The notes beneath the pieces are model-generated. The model saw only the letters and a program-made list of their open reading frames with translations, ran no database searches and was not told the DNA's origin. The translations under genes were made by a program, and so were the position numbers. A stretch of 64,000 bases of DNA from Mobula hypostoma (Eukaryota), in contig NC_086106.1 of NCBI RefSeq assembly GCF_963921235.1, positions 22,940,001 through 23,004,000 of the forward strand, given 5' to 3'. Within the stretch, counting starts at the first letter, position 1. Every line of letters starts with the position of its first letter. Positions 49,250 to 61,600 of this stretch are shown in pieces.

Positions 49250-51950
49250 CAAAAGAATTGTTGCTTGCAGACACCGTGGAAAAAATAACTTCTGATGAAA
49301 GCAAATGAATACCAGGGGTTAAAATGTTTAAAGCGGTTAACAAACATCGATGGCAGTAGGAAACAGGGACGAGCATTCAATGCAAATATTCCCGAAACAA
49401 AAGCGCCAACGACAGTGCTGAACGGGGCTGAGCCAACGTGAAAGGAGGTCCAGAATATCAGAAAGACAGCAAAGTCATCAGTCGCCTCTGGACCGAGCGG
49501 TCGACGCCACGTTATATGAAAACTGTCCAAATCGCCTCCGGTGTTTGCTGAAGATAATGGGGAAAATCTGGACCAACGGCTCTATCGCACGAAGCTGGAA
49601 AATGTTAAAGGATGCCTTGTCCTCAAGGAAATAGAATCCTCTGCGATCATCATGTTTATAACAATTCTACTCGTCAGCGAGAAGTGCACGGTACTCTTCT
49701 GAATGCCTGCGAGAAGGCTGCCTTCTTACTTCTATTTTAGTATTTTGCCTTCTCCATCTCAGGTTTAGATTTTTTTGGCCAATGCATTTTGGCCACATGT
49801 TCCCATTTATTAAACAGCCACATGCTGCATTCCAAAACTCATTTTGTGTCCCTACAATTTCCTTTAGTCTCATTTTTCCTGTCACGAATTTCCCTCAATG
49901 GAGACACGCCGCCTCAGCACCTCCACCCAGAAAGGTAACATCCGATTTTTTTTCAGTGTTTCTTGAATACATCTCAATAATCAGACAATTGCCTCGCGAG
50001 GTCAGGCACATGAAATGTAACCTAGCAGTTATCTGGTTATACCTCGCCAACGCCAACGGCTCAATACAACAAATCCTCATCCAGAGTGGTCAGGACCACT
50101 ACTGTATCATACCAGAAAGCAAGACATGATTATCAGTTACCAAGAAGGAGTCAACTGCGCTTTACTTCAGGCCACCTTACATCCTGGTGGCAAGACGTCT
50201 AAAAAGGGATTACAATCGGTTGCACATTCTCCCCCATTATAATTTTCATTGTTTTTTATCTCCTCATATTAGCAGCAACAGACGGAACCAGTTGTTCTCT
50301 CTTGGAGCCCAGCATGGGGGGTTCACCGATGACATCACAATAACGATAACAAGACATGTCCACGCAGGATAGATATTGACAACCCTGGACAACGTAGCTA
50401 GCTGTGCTGGGGCGACCAGGTAGCTATATGGTTAGTCAACATTTTCAGATGCATGGTGACTATAAAAAAAAGCGAGGCTACTAGCATGTTGTGTCTTCAA
50501 GTACGAAGAGAAGTCGTTTCGTCGACTGAGGACAAATCACTGAAATGTCTGGAAATCGGTTTAATGCAGCAATGCGAGACAGCGTCAACATAATTGACAC
50601 AGTATTGCAGACAGCAGAGCTGCTGCGCAAGATCGACAGATCTGAAGTGACAGGTATAATTAAGGCATGAAGTAACAATATCATCTACTCCATGTCTGCA
50701 CTGGCTTTTGCGATTGTACGATATCCCCAGGGCTACTGTAGAATGTATCAAGAGGACAGTGAGCATGCACTTGAGGGGGAGGCTGGAGATTCTCCCATTT
50801 TTTTTTTCTTCAGTGTGTTTCTGCATATGAACAGGCCAGCTCCAGCTCCCGTTCTCATTGGTAGTGAAGGAGTTCAAGGCAGCAATGTGTTGAGTTTTGT
50901 TAGCAGTAGAGAACTCCGATAACAAGCGAATAAACCAAGCGGGAGTTACAAAAATTTCGGACCGTCAACTCGGCCATAGGCAAAGCAGTGAGAGTTCAGC
51001 AATTGGGATACATCATTCGCAAACCAATCTGGAGACGGCAAGAGCCCGGCTCCCCATACTTTTCTCTATAGAGGAGTGCAAGTTAGAGGATAGGTTTGAC
51101 ATGGCACATCAGTGACATTAGTGATGTGCTCATTGGACGTCTGTACGAAATGGGATCTTATCAAGCCTTAGATTACTTGGACTGAGTTTGAAGACTGGAG
51201 TCCTTCACCTTTCTTTTCAGGCATATTGTCAGTTTCTATCAGTCTCCACACTGTATTCAGTTGAAGGCAAGTTTGGGAGAGACAACCACAGTTGCCAGAT
51301 TTGTAGTCTGCAGGATGCACTGACGTAAGACATCTTAAATGCAAAACAGATTTTACACAGACGCTATCGGTAGCACAAGGATAAAGTCCCGTTGTTCCTC
51401 CCTGACACACTGGAACGACAGAGGTGTAACAGGAGACTAGATGGCAGAAAGAGGAAACAGGACGGTCTTTTTCATCAAAGGGGGGAAATGCCAGTGCTGT
51501 CAAAAAGGCCTAATTCCAGTCTGCTGCAAACTACCATATGATTGAAGATGAAGTTTGATGTGGCGTGGAAGCTGCATTTCAGGGAGTCAGTACAAACCAG
51601 AAATCATGCTACGAACTACAAAATACAACAAAAACAAAGGCAGAAAAAAAATATCCTGGTGAAGATCACAGGACCATGGGTGGAAGGATGCGAGCAGGCC
51701 CACAAGAGGAAGGCCCTGAAGTACCAATGCGTGAGCATCCGGACAGAAGTTGTCAGACATGGCTATTCGCTGTGGATATTAGCTGTAGAGTTCCCACGAC
51801 AGGGTCAGCTTGGAAGTTTCTGTCTGCGCTGGCTTGACCTTAACGAAGTGATTCAAGAACTACTAGCTCATATACTGGGGAAGGAAGCAGAGAAAGAGCC
51901 GCTTACTGGGTATAGTGCAGGCGAGTGGTGTGAAATTTGAGTCAGGATTT
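49250..51950 (+). mobile_element. Fossil HERO-like (R2-superfamily, RLE) non-LTR retrotransposon
   Basis: Colinear: EPT*KEVQ...SGPSG...CPN; NLAVIWLYLANANGSI; KGITIGCTFSP; GFTDDITIT; WLLRLYDIPRATVECIKR; CQIC...DILNAKQ...RRYR*HKDKV; LVKITGPWVEGCEQAHKRKALKYQ...LAVEF. Interrupted by at least two insertions. Confidence 0.75.
50481..50690 (-). mobile_element. L2-like RT scrap inserted in the HERO fossil
   Basis: SDLSILRSSSAVCNTVSIMLTLSR resembles SILVLLDLSAAFDTVDHxILLxR. Confidence 0.4.
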
Positions 51951-52149
51951 CCTGGGCAGTGACTTGCTGAACCCGACACTGGAAAGTGGAGTAGTTAGCC
52001 CAGAAACACTCTATGAAAGCTGGGCATGACCTGAGGATATCTTCTTCTGGTCAAAAGCTATAGTTACATCATCAGTTAACTGAAGAGAGTATCTGGTGTA
52101 AAACGCATGTTGTTTGATCCTCATCAGTATGGATGGATGGAAGAAGAAC

Positions 52150-52320
52150 TGGGGGCGTCATATACGCAGAGGAGTAGTATAAAATGATACGTGTGACTGG
52201 CAGCAGTGAAGAGTATGGCTGCTGCGTATATAGCTGCCCGGTCAGTATTGCCGTGAGACAATCTCGGCCTGCTATATTACTGTTTATAATATGTAATGAC
52301 ACACAGATAATATCTGTACT
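52150..52320 (+). promoter_or_regulatory. Orphan V-type promoter/leader module, copy 1
   Basis: CGTCA (52156), TATAAAA (52178) and hydrophobic SRPAILLFIICNDTQI; homologous to copy 2; donor decayed. Confidence 0.4.
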
Positions 52321-52589
52321 CGTGCAGAAGGACTTAGAATAATGTGGAGCTGAGATGAATCGGCGTGCACCATCGAGGTTCAGAGTGCAGAACGGCTATA
52401 ATGACACTTACGTTCGGTGCACCCGGGGAAATTAGCTGTACTATCCAGCTGTCATCTCGCACAGCTTGCACAAACCACAGTCATCCGCACTGCCTGCTTT
52501 TTGAATGGGACATATTGTGACTCAAATTGAGCATCTTCAGACGATTTTTCATTATCATTCCAGTATCGGCCCGTGGAAGAATGAGTAGA

Positions 52590-52755
52590 GGACTCGGTAC
52601 GTCATATAGAGACATATTATAAAATTACACGTGTTGCTGGCAGCAGTGAAGTGTACGGTAGCCGCATATGTCGCTGGACGGTCAGTATAGCCCTGAGACT
52701 ATCTCATCCAGCAATATTATTATTCATTATATGTAAAGGCGCACAAATGGTGAGT
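52590..52755 (+). promoter_or_regulatory. V-type promoter/leader module, copy 2
   Basis: ACGTCA (52599), TATAAAA (52618), SHPAILLFIICKGAQM and donor GTGAGT at 52750. Confidence 0.5.
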
Positions 52756-52869
52756 GTCCTACTGCGCAGGCACCTAGATCGTCAATCTGAACGGTGCCGG
52801 GGATTTGTAATGTTAACCGTTTCACTACCTGGCTCATGTATTTAAGATTACAGTGGTCTTTATTCCCAG

Positions 52870-53213
52870 GAGTAAATGATATACTGTGTAATGCCCGTCC
52901 AGGAAGTAATTTATCCGAGAAAGGAAAAGCTGGATGTCGGACCCTATCTTTTCAGGTCTAAAAAAAATCACTGAAAGCAAAGATGAAAAAGTCGACCGGA
53001 ATGTTGTTTGGTTTTTCCTTATTTTCAACAGTAACATAAATGAGGGTGCTACTTCGGGTCATTGATAAATAAGAGAAATGTTTGTACCAGGACAGGTTCA
53101 TTCTGTTCCAGTTGCAATCCTGCACTATTTTCCCACGCATCTTTAAAACGGAAAATCTAATCTTTTACAGGCTCATAGGTTTTCGTTTTCATCTCGAGAC
53201 CTCCGCAAAATCA
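52870..53213 (+). pseudogene. Degenerate V exon with RSS-like remnant
   Basis: Acceptor tctttattcccag (AG 52868-52869); GVNDIL...; frameshifted NVVWF (TGG at 53009); QDRF...KTENLIFY; then CATAGGT, 24 nt, GCAAAATCA (53174-53213). Exon is ~304 nt. Confidence 0.4.
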
Positions 53214-54534
53214 GCTTGCTGTTTGGGCCAACTATGATTGTTTCATTGGTCTTTTCTAAGCATGGATGTCTGCGTAGTGACGATCCGTTCGCCTTTATCT
53301 ACTTTCCGTACCCTATCCCCATTTGCTCTCCGGTACCGTGAATCGTTGTACCATTATGTAACTCACATTCCGTACGGGAATCGCTACTTCCTGCTACTGC
53401 TCATTAGACTGTACTGTCTTGGTCTGTGACCAGGTGTGAACCACTACACCCTGTGAAATATCCATAGGATGTGACTGCTAGAAGAAGAATAGCCCTTAAC
53501 GCGGCAGGGGAGTTGTGGGGGCACCCATTTGACGGTGTTTCCGTCGCAAGCTATTCTTGTTCTTTAGAGGCCGAGTTGCCAGCTGGAAGCTCAACCCGAT
53601 TTGGATTCGTGCTCGGGAAACTTCGCTGATATTATTGCAGCACGAAGCAGGATATTATAAAAGAAGGACTGGGCTAAATCTTGTGTCGTCAACGGAGATT
53701 AAATGGAAGTTAAAAAAAAAAGAGAGAATAATCATGGCTTGCACTTTGCTCCTATAATGAAACTGACCAGGTGTGCAAAAGTACACCTACACACATTAAG
53801 TGATGCCTCATACTTCATTGGTTGCTAATTGCTCAATTTTACCTTTTCTGTTTTCCAAAGCTTCGACGTCAGTACCTGACCATGAATCACTTCATAATAA
53901 AAATGATTGTCGAAATCATGACGTCCATTCCCAATATCCGATGGCATGTTGTACTCCATCAGCCGCCCCGCCTGCAACTTCCTACAAACACTGGGCGTGT
54001 GTTTTGACGTTTCGAATAACTTGTTGATAACGGAATCTGAGGAATAAAGAAACAGACCTGCTTGTTTTTCCGTGTGTGTCAAAGGCTGAGCCGATAGTCC
54101 AATTAGACAAAACAAATTGCTCTAAGCAGCAAATCTCCTTACATATTTAAGCCCCCCATTAAATTAGTACTCTTTTACAAGCTTCTTCTCGCTCGCTTTG
54201 CAATTTAGCCCACATCCTGGCTTCTATTAGGAAGCTTACTTATAATTCCCAAATGTGTTGTTTTCCTTCTTGGAATGTCTTATCCCCACCAAGTAGGATT
54301 CAATGTTCACTGATCATATTAACACCTTTATAAAGATGTAATTCCGTCTCAAGCAATCGACCAATCCACCGCCTTTGTCTTCCTTTCTGCCTTTTCTATA
54401 CAGAGTATAATATTTGATCTTAAATTCCCTAATATGGCACACTTTTTGCCATGACTTAGTAACGGCCACGTTTGCATATCAGTACATCTTTAATTAGCCA
54501 CAAATTCATCCATCATATCCGTTAGTATTGCGAG

Positions 54535-54820
54535 ACCATGGGTCTGCGCCTGGGAGGTCTTCACTCTCCAGGGTGTAGGCCTAGGCAAGGTTGTATGGAA
54601 GACTGGCAGTTGCCCATGCTGCAAGTCTCCACTCTCCACGACACCGATGCTTCCAAGGGAAGGGCATTATCACCGTATAGTTTGGCACTAATTTCGAGGC
54701 AGAGCACTGTGGCTTAAGTGCCTTGCTGAAGGAGACAACACGCTGCCTCTGCTGGCGCTCGAACTCACGAACTTTCTTCAGATCGCTAGTCAAAAGCCTT
54801 AACCACTTGGCCACGTGGCC
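54535..54820 (-). mobile_element. tRNA-derived SINE
   Basis: A box TGGCCAAGTGG and B box GTTCGAGCGCC, a central cagcaaggcacttaa core and a LINE-like 3' tail. Confidence 0.75.
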
Positions 54821-54949
54821 AGAAGGATACAGAGCATTGAAATTAAAATATATATATATATATCCTTCAGCCCCGCATTTTCCGGCCTTTTGAATGTCGT
54901 CTCTGTGGTATCATTTAACGTTTTGCTCTCTCTGCAGGACTACCTGATC

Positions 54950-56200
54950 TTTGGTTTGTCTTTCCTTATATTCATGTTACAGCCATCATCCACTTGTGAA
55001 CCTGTGGCTCATCCTCAGCTCTGTCTACGTGTTTCCCATCTCCCTGCCATATTATTTTAGACAACTCTAGTAAATCTCACCACAAGAATTTTGCCCCTTC
55101 GGGTTCATATGCAACCCCTCCCTACTGTACGAGTCCCACACACCCCAGAGGAGATCTCAATTATTGAGAAACCAGCATCCTTGCCTCCTGCTCCAATTCC
55201 TAACCACCCGTTTATCTGCCACCTTACTCTATTCCTATGCTCAATGTCGCGTGGCTCAAGCAGCAATCTGGAGATTACTACACCTGAGGGCCTGCTTCTC
55301 AGTTTTCCCTCCTAACTCTCTATTTTTTTTTTTTCAGGACTTCCTCCTGTATTTTTTTTTCCCTATGTCGTTGATACCAATTGGTACCCCGACTTCTGGC
55401 TACTCAGAATCCTTTTTTCAGTATATTCTGGACGCGTCTAGATACATTTATGACCGGACGACCCATGAAGAAAACTGCCCTCCACGTTTTCGTTTTTCGT
55501 CCATAGATCCCCCTATCTGACACCTGACAATACTGTCCACCGTTACTGCTGCTATCATGTTCAGTTCCTTACTCTTCTGTGCCACAGGGCCAAAGTCACT
55601 GTGAGAAGTACGGCCGCTGTTGTTGTACCCAGGTAAGCAGTTCCCCCCAAGCAACACTCAAAATGGATAACTTATTGTTGAAGGAGGCGGCCACAGTTGT
55701 GCTCATCGCTATCTGGTTTTATCTCTTCCCACTCCTAACAATCACATTTACCGATCTCCCGTTGAGTTGGTGTGACTCCTGTTCCTGTCTATCACTATTT
55801 CACTTTCCCTAACAAGGCGAAGGTCACGCAGCTACAGGTCCAGTTCCCGCATACGGATTGAACCGATCTGCATTTCGATGCACCTGGTGCAGATATAGAC
55901 ATCGGAGCAGCTGGAGTGCTCCTGAAATTACAACAACTGACACCCAGAACAGAACACTGGCCTTGTAGACATACCCACTTCTCTCTATATAGTTGAATAA
56001 GAAAGAAGGAATGAGTTTACATATCCTCCACCTGTACTGGACGGAAATTTTTTGAGTCACAAACCTTACAACTCTGCGTCACGCTGTTCCCACAACGTCC
56101 ACTTCGCTGTTATGTACCTCGTTTTCTACACAGGGATCCCCGTCGAAAATCTTTGTCGAACCTGAGCGGGCACCCTCCTGTTGGTTAAGCGCAGTACTCC
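54950..56200 (+). mobile_element. Possible ancient Penelope RT-region relic
   Basis: Weak remnants, e.g. ttctacacagggatcccc..aaaatcttt resembling LQRDPTTKHIF. Confidence 0.3.
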
Positions 56201-56264
56201 AATCAACGACCCCTGTCGAAAAGCTTGCTGCTTTTAAAATCTATGACACAAAATAATCTGCAGA

Positions 56265-56515
56265 TGCTGTGATCAAAGTAACACTCAAAACATGCTGAAG
56301 GACCTCAGCAGGTTTGAGCAGCATCGGTGGAAACGATGAGTCGACGTTTCGGGCAGGAACCATCCGTCAGGACTGAAGAGGGAAAGGGCAGAGGCCCTAT
56401 AAAGAAGGTGGGCGAGAGTTGGAGGGAGAAGGCTGGTAGGCTCAGTTGAAAAAAAAACAGTAATTTGAAAATAAAAGGGGTCGGGGAGTGGAAGCGGGGA
56501 GTTTATAGACACGAA
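56265..56515 (-). mobile_element. Penelope 3' UTR/pLTR fragment
   Basis: Homologous to 57921-58300 and to the distal part of the 4760-5140 UTR; contains a hammerhead remnant. Confidence 0.8.
56339..56374 (-). ncRNA. Degenerate hammerhead motif (A9 to G)
   Basis: AGTC-CTGACGG-ATGGTTCCTGCCC-GAAAC-GTC-GACT. Confidence 0.55.
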
Positions 56516-56519
56516 AACA

Positions 56520-57565
56520 GTGGGTAGCAGAGGATTGCTTCTCCGACTGGAGGCCTGTGACTAGTGGTATGCCACAGGGATCAGTGTTGTGTCCACTGTT
56601 ATTTGTCATCTATATTAATGACCTGGATTATAATGTGGTAAATTGGATCAGAAAATTTGCTGATGATACAAAGAGTGGAGGTGTAGTGGACACAGGGAAG
56701 TTTTCAAAGCTTGCAGAGCGATGTCGAGCAGCTGGAAAAAAATGGGCTGGAAAATAGCAGATGGAGTGTAATAAAGACAATAGTGAGGTATTGCACTTTG
56801 GAAGGTCGAACATACAGGGTAAATGGTAAGGCACTGAGGAGTGCAGTAGAACAGAGGGATCTGGGAATACAGATACAACATTTCCTAAAAGTGGCGTCAC
56901 AGGTAGATATGGACGTAAAGACTGCTTTTGGTACGTTGGTCTTTATTAATCAAGGTATTGAGTATAAGATCTGGAATGTTAGGATGAGGTTGTATAAGGC
57001 ACTGGTGAGGCCGAATCTGGAGTATTGTGTTCAGTTTTGTTCAGCAACTTACAGGAAGGACATTAATACGATTGAAAGAGTGCAGAGAAGTTTAACAAAG
57101 ATGTTGCCGGGACCTCAGAAACTCAGTTACAGAGAATGGTTGAATAGGTTAGGACTTTATTCCCTGGAGCGAAGCAGAATGAGCGGAGATTAGATGGAGG
57201 TATGTATAATCATAATGGGTATAGATAGAGTGATTGCAAGCAAGCTTTTCCACTGAGGAAAGGGGAGAAAAACAAAAACAACACCAACAACAGGACATGG
57301 GTTAAGGGTGAAGGGGGAAAAGTTTAAAGGGAACATGGGGGTTGGGAATGTTTCTTCACACAGAGAGTGATGATAGTGTATAATGAGCTACCGGACAAGG
57401 TGGTAAATGCGGGTTCTTTTTTTTAACATTTAAGATTAATTTTGACAGATACATGGATGGGAAGTGTATGGAGGGATATGGTTCGTGTGCAGGTCAGTGG
57501 GCTAGGCAGCAAATGGTTCGGTTCAACCAAGAAGGGCCAAAAGGCCTGTTTCTGTGCTGTATTTT
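56520..57565 (+). mobile_element. CR1 LINE 3' portion
   Basis: TSGMPQGSVLCPLLFVIYINDL, KFADDTK, LVRPNLEYCVQF and LYSLERSRM, followed by 3' UTR. Confidence 0.92.
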
Positions 57566-57976
57566 TTTCTGTGGTTTCAAATTTGACTTTAACGACAACA
57601 TCGAACCTGCCTGAAGCTCTTCTGCTGGAAGCTCGTTCCACACAGCTAACACTTTCTGAGTAAATAAGTTCCCTCTCATGTTACCGTTAAAATTTGTCCT
57701 TTAACTCTAAACTGATGTCCTCTTGTTTGAATCTCCCCCATTCTCAATGGAAAATGCCTATCCATGTAAACTCTAGAAATCCCCCTCAAAATTTTAAACA
57801 CCTCTATCAAGTTCCCCCTCAACCTTCTACGCTCCAAAGAGCAAAGACCTAACTTGTTCAACCCTTGCCTGCAACTTTGGAATTGAAACCCAGGCAACAT
57901 GCTAGTAAATCTCCGCTGCAACACTCACAACACGCTGGAGAAACTCAGCAGGTCGGGCAGCATCCGTGGAAACGAT

Positions 57977-58014
57977 CAGTCGACGTTTCGTGCCGGAACC
58001 CTTCGTCAGGACTG
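57977..58014 (-). ncRNA. Minimal hammerhead motif, core intact, stem II weakened
   Basis: CAGTC-CTGACGA-AGGGTTCCGGCAC-GAAAC-GTC-GACTG. Confidence 0.7.
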
Positions 58015-58563
58015 TAGGGGGAAGAGGCAGAGACCCCATAAAGAAGGTGGGGGAGGGTGGGAGGGAGAAGGCTGGTAGGATCCAGGTGAAAAACCATTAA
58101 GGGGAAAGATAAACGGGTGAGGGAAAGGATGCAGGGAGGTGATAGGCAGGAAAGTTGAAGAAAAAATAGGGGAAAACACAATGGGTAGTAGAAGGAGGCG
58201 AAACCAAGAGGGAGGTGGTAGGCAGCTGGCGGAGGGGGCAGAGTGATATAGGGATAGGGGAAGGGAGGGGGAGGGAATTACCGGAAGCTGGAGAATTCTA
58301 TGTTCAAACCGTATCTTCCCCCATCCCTATGTCACTCTGTCCCCTCCCCCAGCGGCCTACCACCTCCCCCTTGGTTCCGACTCCTCCTACTACCCATTGT
58401 GCTTTCCCCTATTCGTTCTTCACGTTTCCTGCCTATCACCTCTCTGCCTCCCTTCCCCTACCCCTTTATCTTTCCCCTTACTGGTTTTTCACCTGAAAAC
58501 TACCAGCCTTCTTCTCCCACCCTACACCCACTTTCTTTTTAGGGCTTCTGCCCCTTCCCCCTA

Positions 58564-58601
58564 CAGTCCTGATGAAGGGTTCCAGCCCGAACCGTTGATT
58601 G
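58564..58601 (+). ncRNA. Degenerate hammerhead motif (GAAAC to GAACC, GUC to GUU)
   Basis: CAGTC-CTGATGA-AGGGTTCCAGCCC-GAACC-GTT-GATTG. Confidence 0.55.
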
Positions 58602-61600
58602 ATCGTTTCCACGGATGCTGCCCTCCCTGCTGAGTTCCTCCAGTGTGCCGTGAGTGTTGCTTTGACCCCAGCATCTGCAGATTATTTTGTGTTTATTTAT
58701 TCTCCTCTGCACTCTCTCAGTTTTATAGAAATATTTTCTATAATTTCGTGACCAGAACTGTACACAATACTCCAAATTTGGCCTTACCAATGCCATATAC
58801 AATTTCAACAATGCATCCCAACTCCTATACTAAATACTCTGATTAATAAAGGCCAGCAGAGCAAACGCTTTCCTCGCCACCCTATCCACATATGATTGCA
58901 CCTTCAGGGAACTATGCACCATTATTCCTAGATCCCTCTGTTCAACAGCATTCTTCAGTGCCCTACCATTTACCATTTGTGCCCTATTTTGATTAGTCCT
59001 ACCAAAATGTAGCACCTCATATTTTTTCAGCATTAAACTCCATCTCCCTCCTCTCAGCCCATTCTTCTAACTGGCCTAAATCTTTTTGCAAGCTTTGAAA
59101 ACCTACTACATTACCCACCAAGCCACCTATCTTAGTATCATCTGCGTACTTACTAATCCAATTTACCACAACCCTATCATCCAGATCATTAACATATATG
59201 ACAAACAACAGTCGACCCAGTACAGATCCCTGAGGCACATCGCTAAACGCCGTCCTCCAATCTGACACAGAGTAATCCGCCACTACACTCTGGCGACTCC
59301 CATCCAGCCACTGCTGAATCCATTTTACTACTTCGATATTAATGCCTAACGATTGAACCTTCCGAACTAAACTTCCGTGTGGATCCTTGTCAAAGGCCTT
59401 ACTGAAGTCCATGTAAACAACTTCCACTGCTTTACCCTTGCCAACTTTCCTGGTAACCTCATCAAAAAAATCAATAAGATTTGTCAAACATAACCTTCCA
59501 CGTACAAATCGATGTTGTCTGCCCCAATCAGGCATTGTCTATTCAGATAATTATATATACCATGTCTAATAATACTAGTCCTCAATTCACCCACCACTGA
59601 CGTCAAACTCACAGGCCGATAATTCCTAGGTTTACTCTTAGAACACTTTTTAAACAATGGAACCGCATGAGAAATACGCCAACCCTCCGGCACCATCCCC
59701 GTTTCTAATGACATTTGAAATATTTCTTTCAGAGCACCTGCTATTTCCACACTAACTTTCCTCAAGGTCGATGGGAATACCTTGTCCGGACCCGGAGACT
59801 CATCCACTGTTATATTCCTTAAAAGCGCCATTACTTCCTTTTCCTTAATCGTCATACTTTCCATAACTACCTTTCTTGTTTCCTTTACCTATCACAGTCC
59901 CATATCGTTCTCTTTAGTGAATACCTAAGAAAATAAATCGTGCAGAATCTCCCCCATCTCTTTTGTCTTTGCACATAGCCGTCCACTCTGATTTTCTAAG
60001 GGGCCAATTTTATTCCTCACTATCATTTTGCTATTAACATAACTGTAGAAACCCTTTGGATTTATCGTCACCTTACTTGCCAAAGCAGCCTCTATTCTTC
60101 TTTTAGCTTTTCTAGTTTCTTTCTTGAGACTTTTTTCACAATTTTATATTCCTCTAGCACCTCATTAGTCCAATCTGCCTATATTTATTGTAGACCCCTC
60201 TCTTTTTTTTTTCCGAACCAAGTTTCCTATATCCCTTGAAAACCATGGCCCTCTCAAAATTTTAACCTTTCCTTTCAACCTAACAGAAACATAAAGTTCC
60301 TATACGCTCAAAATTTCACCTTTAAATGACCTCGATTTCTCTATTATATTCTTCCCATAAAAAAAAAATTGTCCCAATCCACTCCTATTAAACATTTCGC
60401 ATCTCCTCAAATTTAGCCTTTCTCCAATTAAAAATCTCAAACCTGGGTTCAGCCCTACCCTTCGCCATAACTATATTGACACTAATGTTATTGTGATCAT
60501 TGGACCCGAAGTGCTCCCCAACACATGCCTCCGTCACCTACCCTATCGCATTCCCTAACAGGAGATCTAACATTGCCCCTTCTCTAGTTGGTACTTCTAT
60601 GTATTGCTGCAAGAAACGCTGTCTTGCACACATCTGACAAACTCCAAATCATCTAGCCCTTTTACACAATAGGCTTTCCATTCTATGTGTGGAAAATTAA
60701 AATATCCTACAATCACACACTTGTGCTTACTCCAAGTATCTGCTTTCTCCTTAGAAATTTGTTCCTCCAGTTCTCGGTCCCCATTAGCTGGTCTATAATA
60801 CACCCCTATAAGCGTCACTACAGCGTTCCTATTCCTCAATTTCACCCACATAGCCTACCTGGACGAGTCCACTAATCTATCCTAGCAGAGCACCGCTGTT
60901 ATGTTCTTTCTGACAAACAATGCAGCGTCTCCCCCTCTTGCCCCTCCTATTTTATCACACCTGACACAAGGAAATCCTGGGATATTTAGTTGCCAATCAT
61001 ACCACTCCTGTAACTACGTTTCACTAATAGCTACAACATCATATTTCCAGGCATCAATCCATGCTGTAAGCTCATCCACTTTTCTTACAATGCTTCTAGC
61101 ATTAAAATAGATGCATTTAAATAACTCTTTACCTCCTTCTCTCTGTTTCTCCTTACTGGAGCAAACAACTGTGTTATCTTTTTCTGCCTTGTCACCTACA
61201 TCTTTGGTCTGAGTGTTCCTAATCTATGTCCCCTGTATATCCTCCCTCACACACTGTCTACAAGCTTTCTCTGTTTATGGTCTAACCTCCTCTCTCCTAG
61301 TCTCTTTAATTTGATTCCCATCCCGCAACTATTCTTGTTTAATGTCACCTCAGTAGCCCTCGCAAATCTCTCTGCCAGGATATTGCTCCCCCTAGGATTC
61401 AAGTGTAACCTGTCCTTTTTGCACAGGTCACATCTGCGCCAAAAGAGGCCCCAATGATCCAAAAACTTGAATCCCTGTCCCCTGCTCCAATCCCTCAGCC
61501 CCGCATTCATCCTCCACGCTACTGCATTCCGACTCTCATTGTCGCGTAGCACTGGCTGTAATCCCGAGATTACTAGTTTTGCGCTCTTTTTTCTCAACTC

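Larger units (their letters stand above)
57921..58700. mobile_element. Head-to-head inverted Penelope pLTR insertion with 11-bp TSD
   Basis: Left arm is minus (includes ORF end GLNIEFSSFR*, ~58312-58280); right arm is plus. Flanked by TCTCCGCTGCA (57910-57920) and TCTCCTCTGCA (58701-58711) within the CR1 codons ERVQRRF. Confidence 0.85.

Noticed and set aside
52850-53141. Minus-strand V-like reading (LQLEQ, MNLSWYKH, CACTGTA)
   Set aside because: Motifs fall in conflicting frames and no leader is found. The plus-strand reading has promoter, leader, donor, acceptor and RSS support, so this is treated as coincidence, though not excluded.
54760-54820. tRNA gene
   Set aside because: A/B boxes belong to a SINE head; no complete cloverleaf or pol III terminator.
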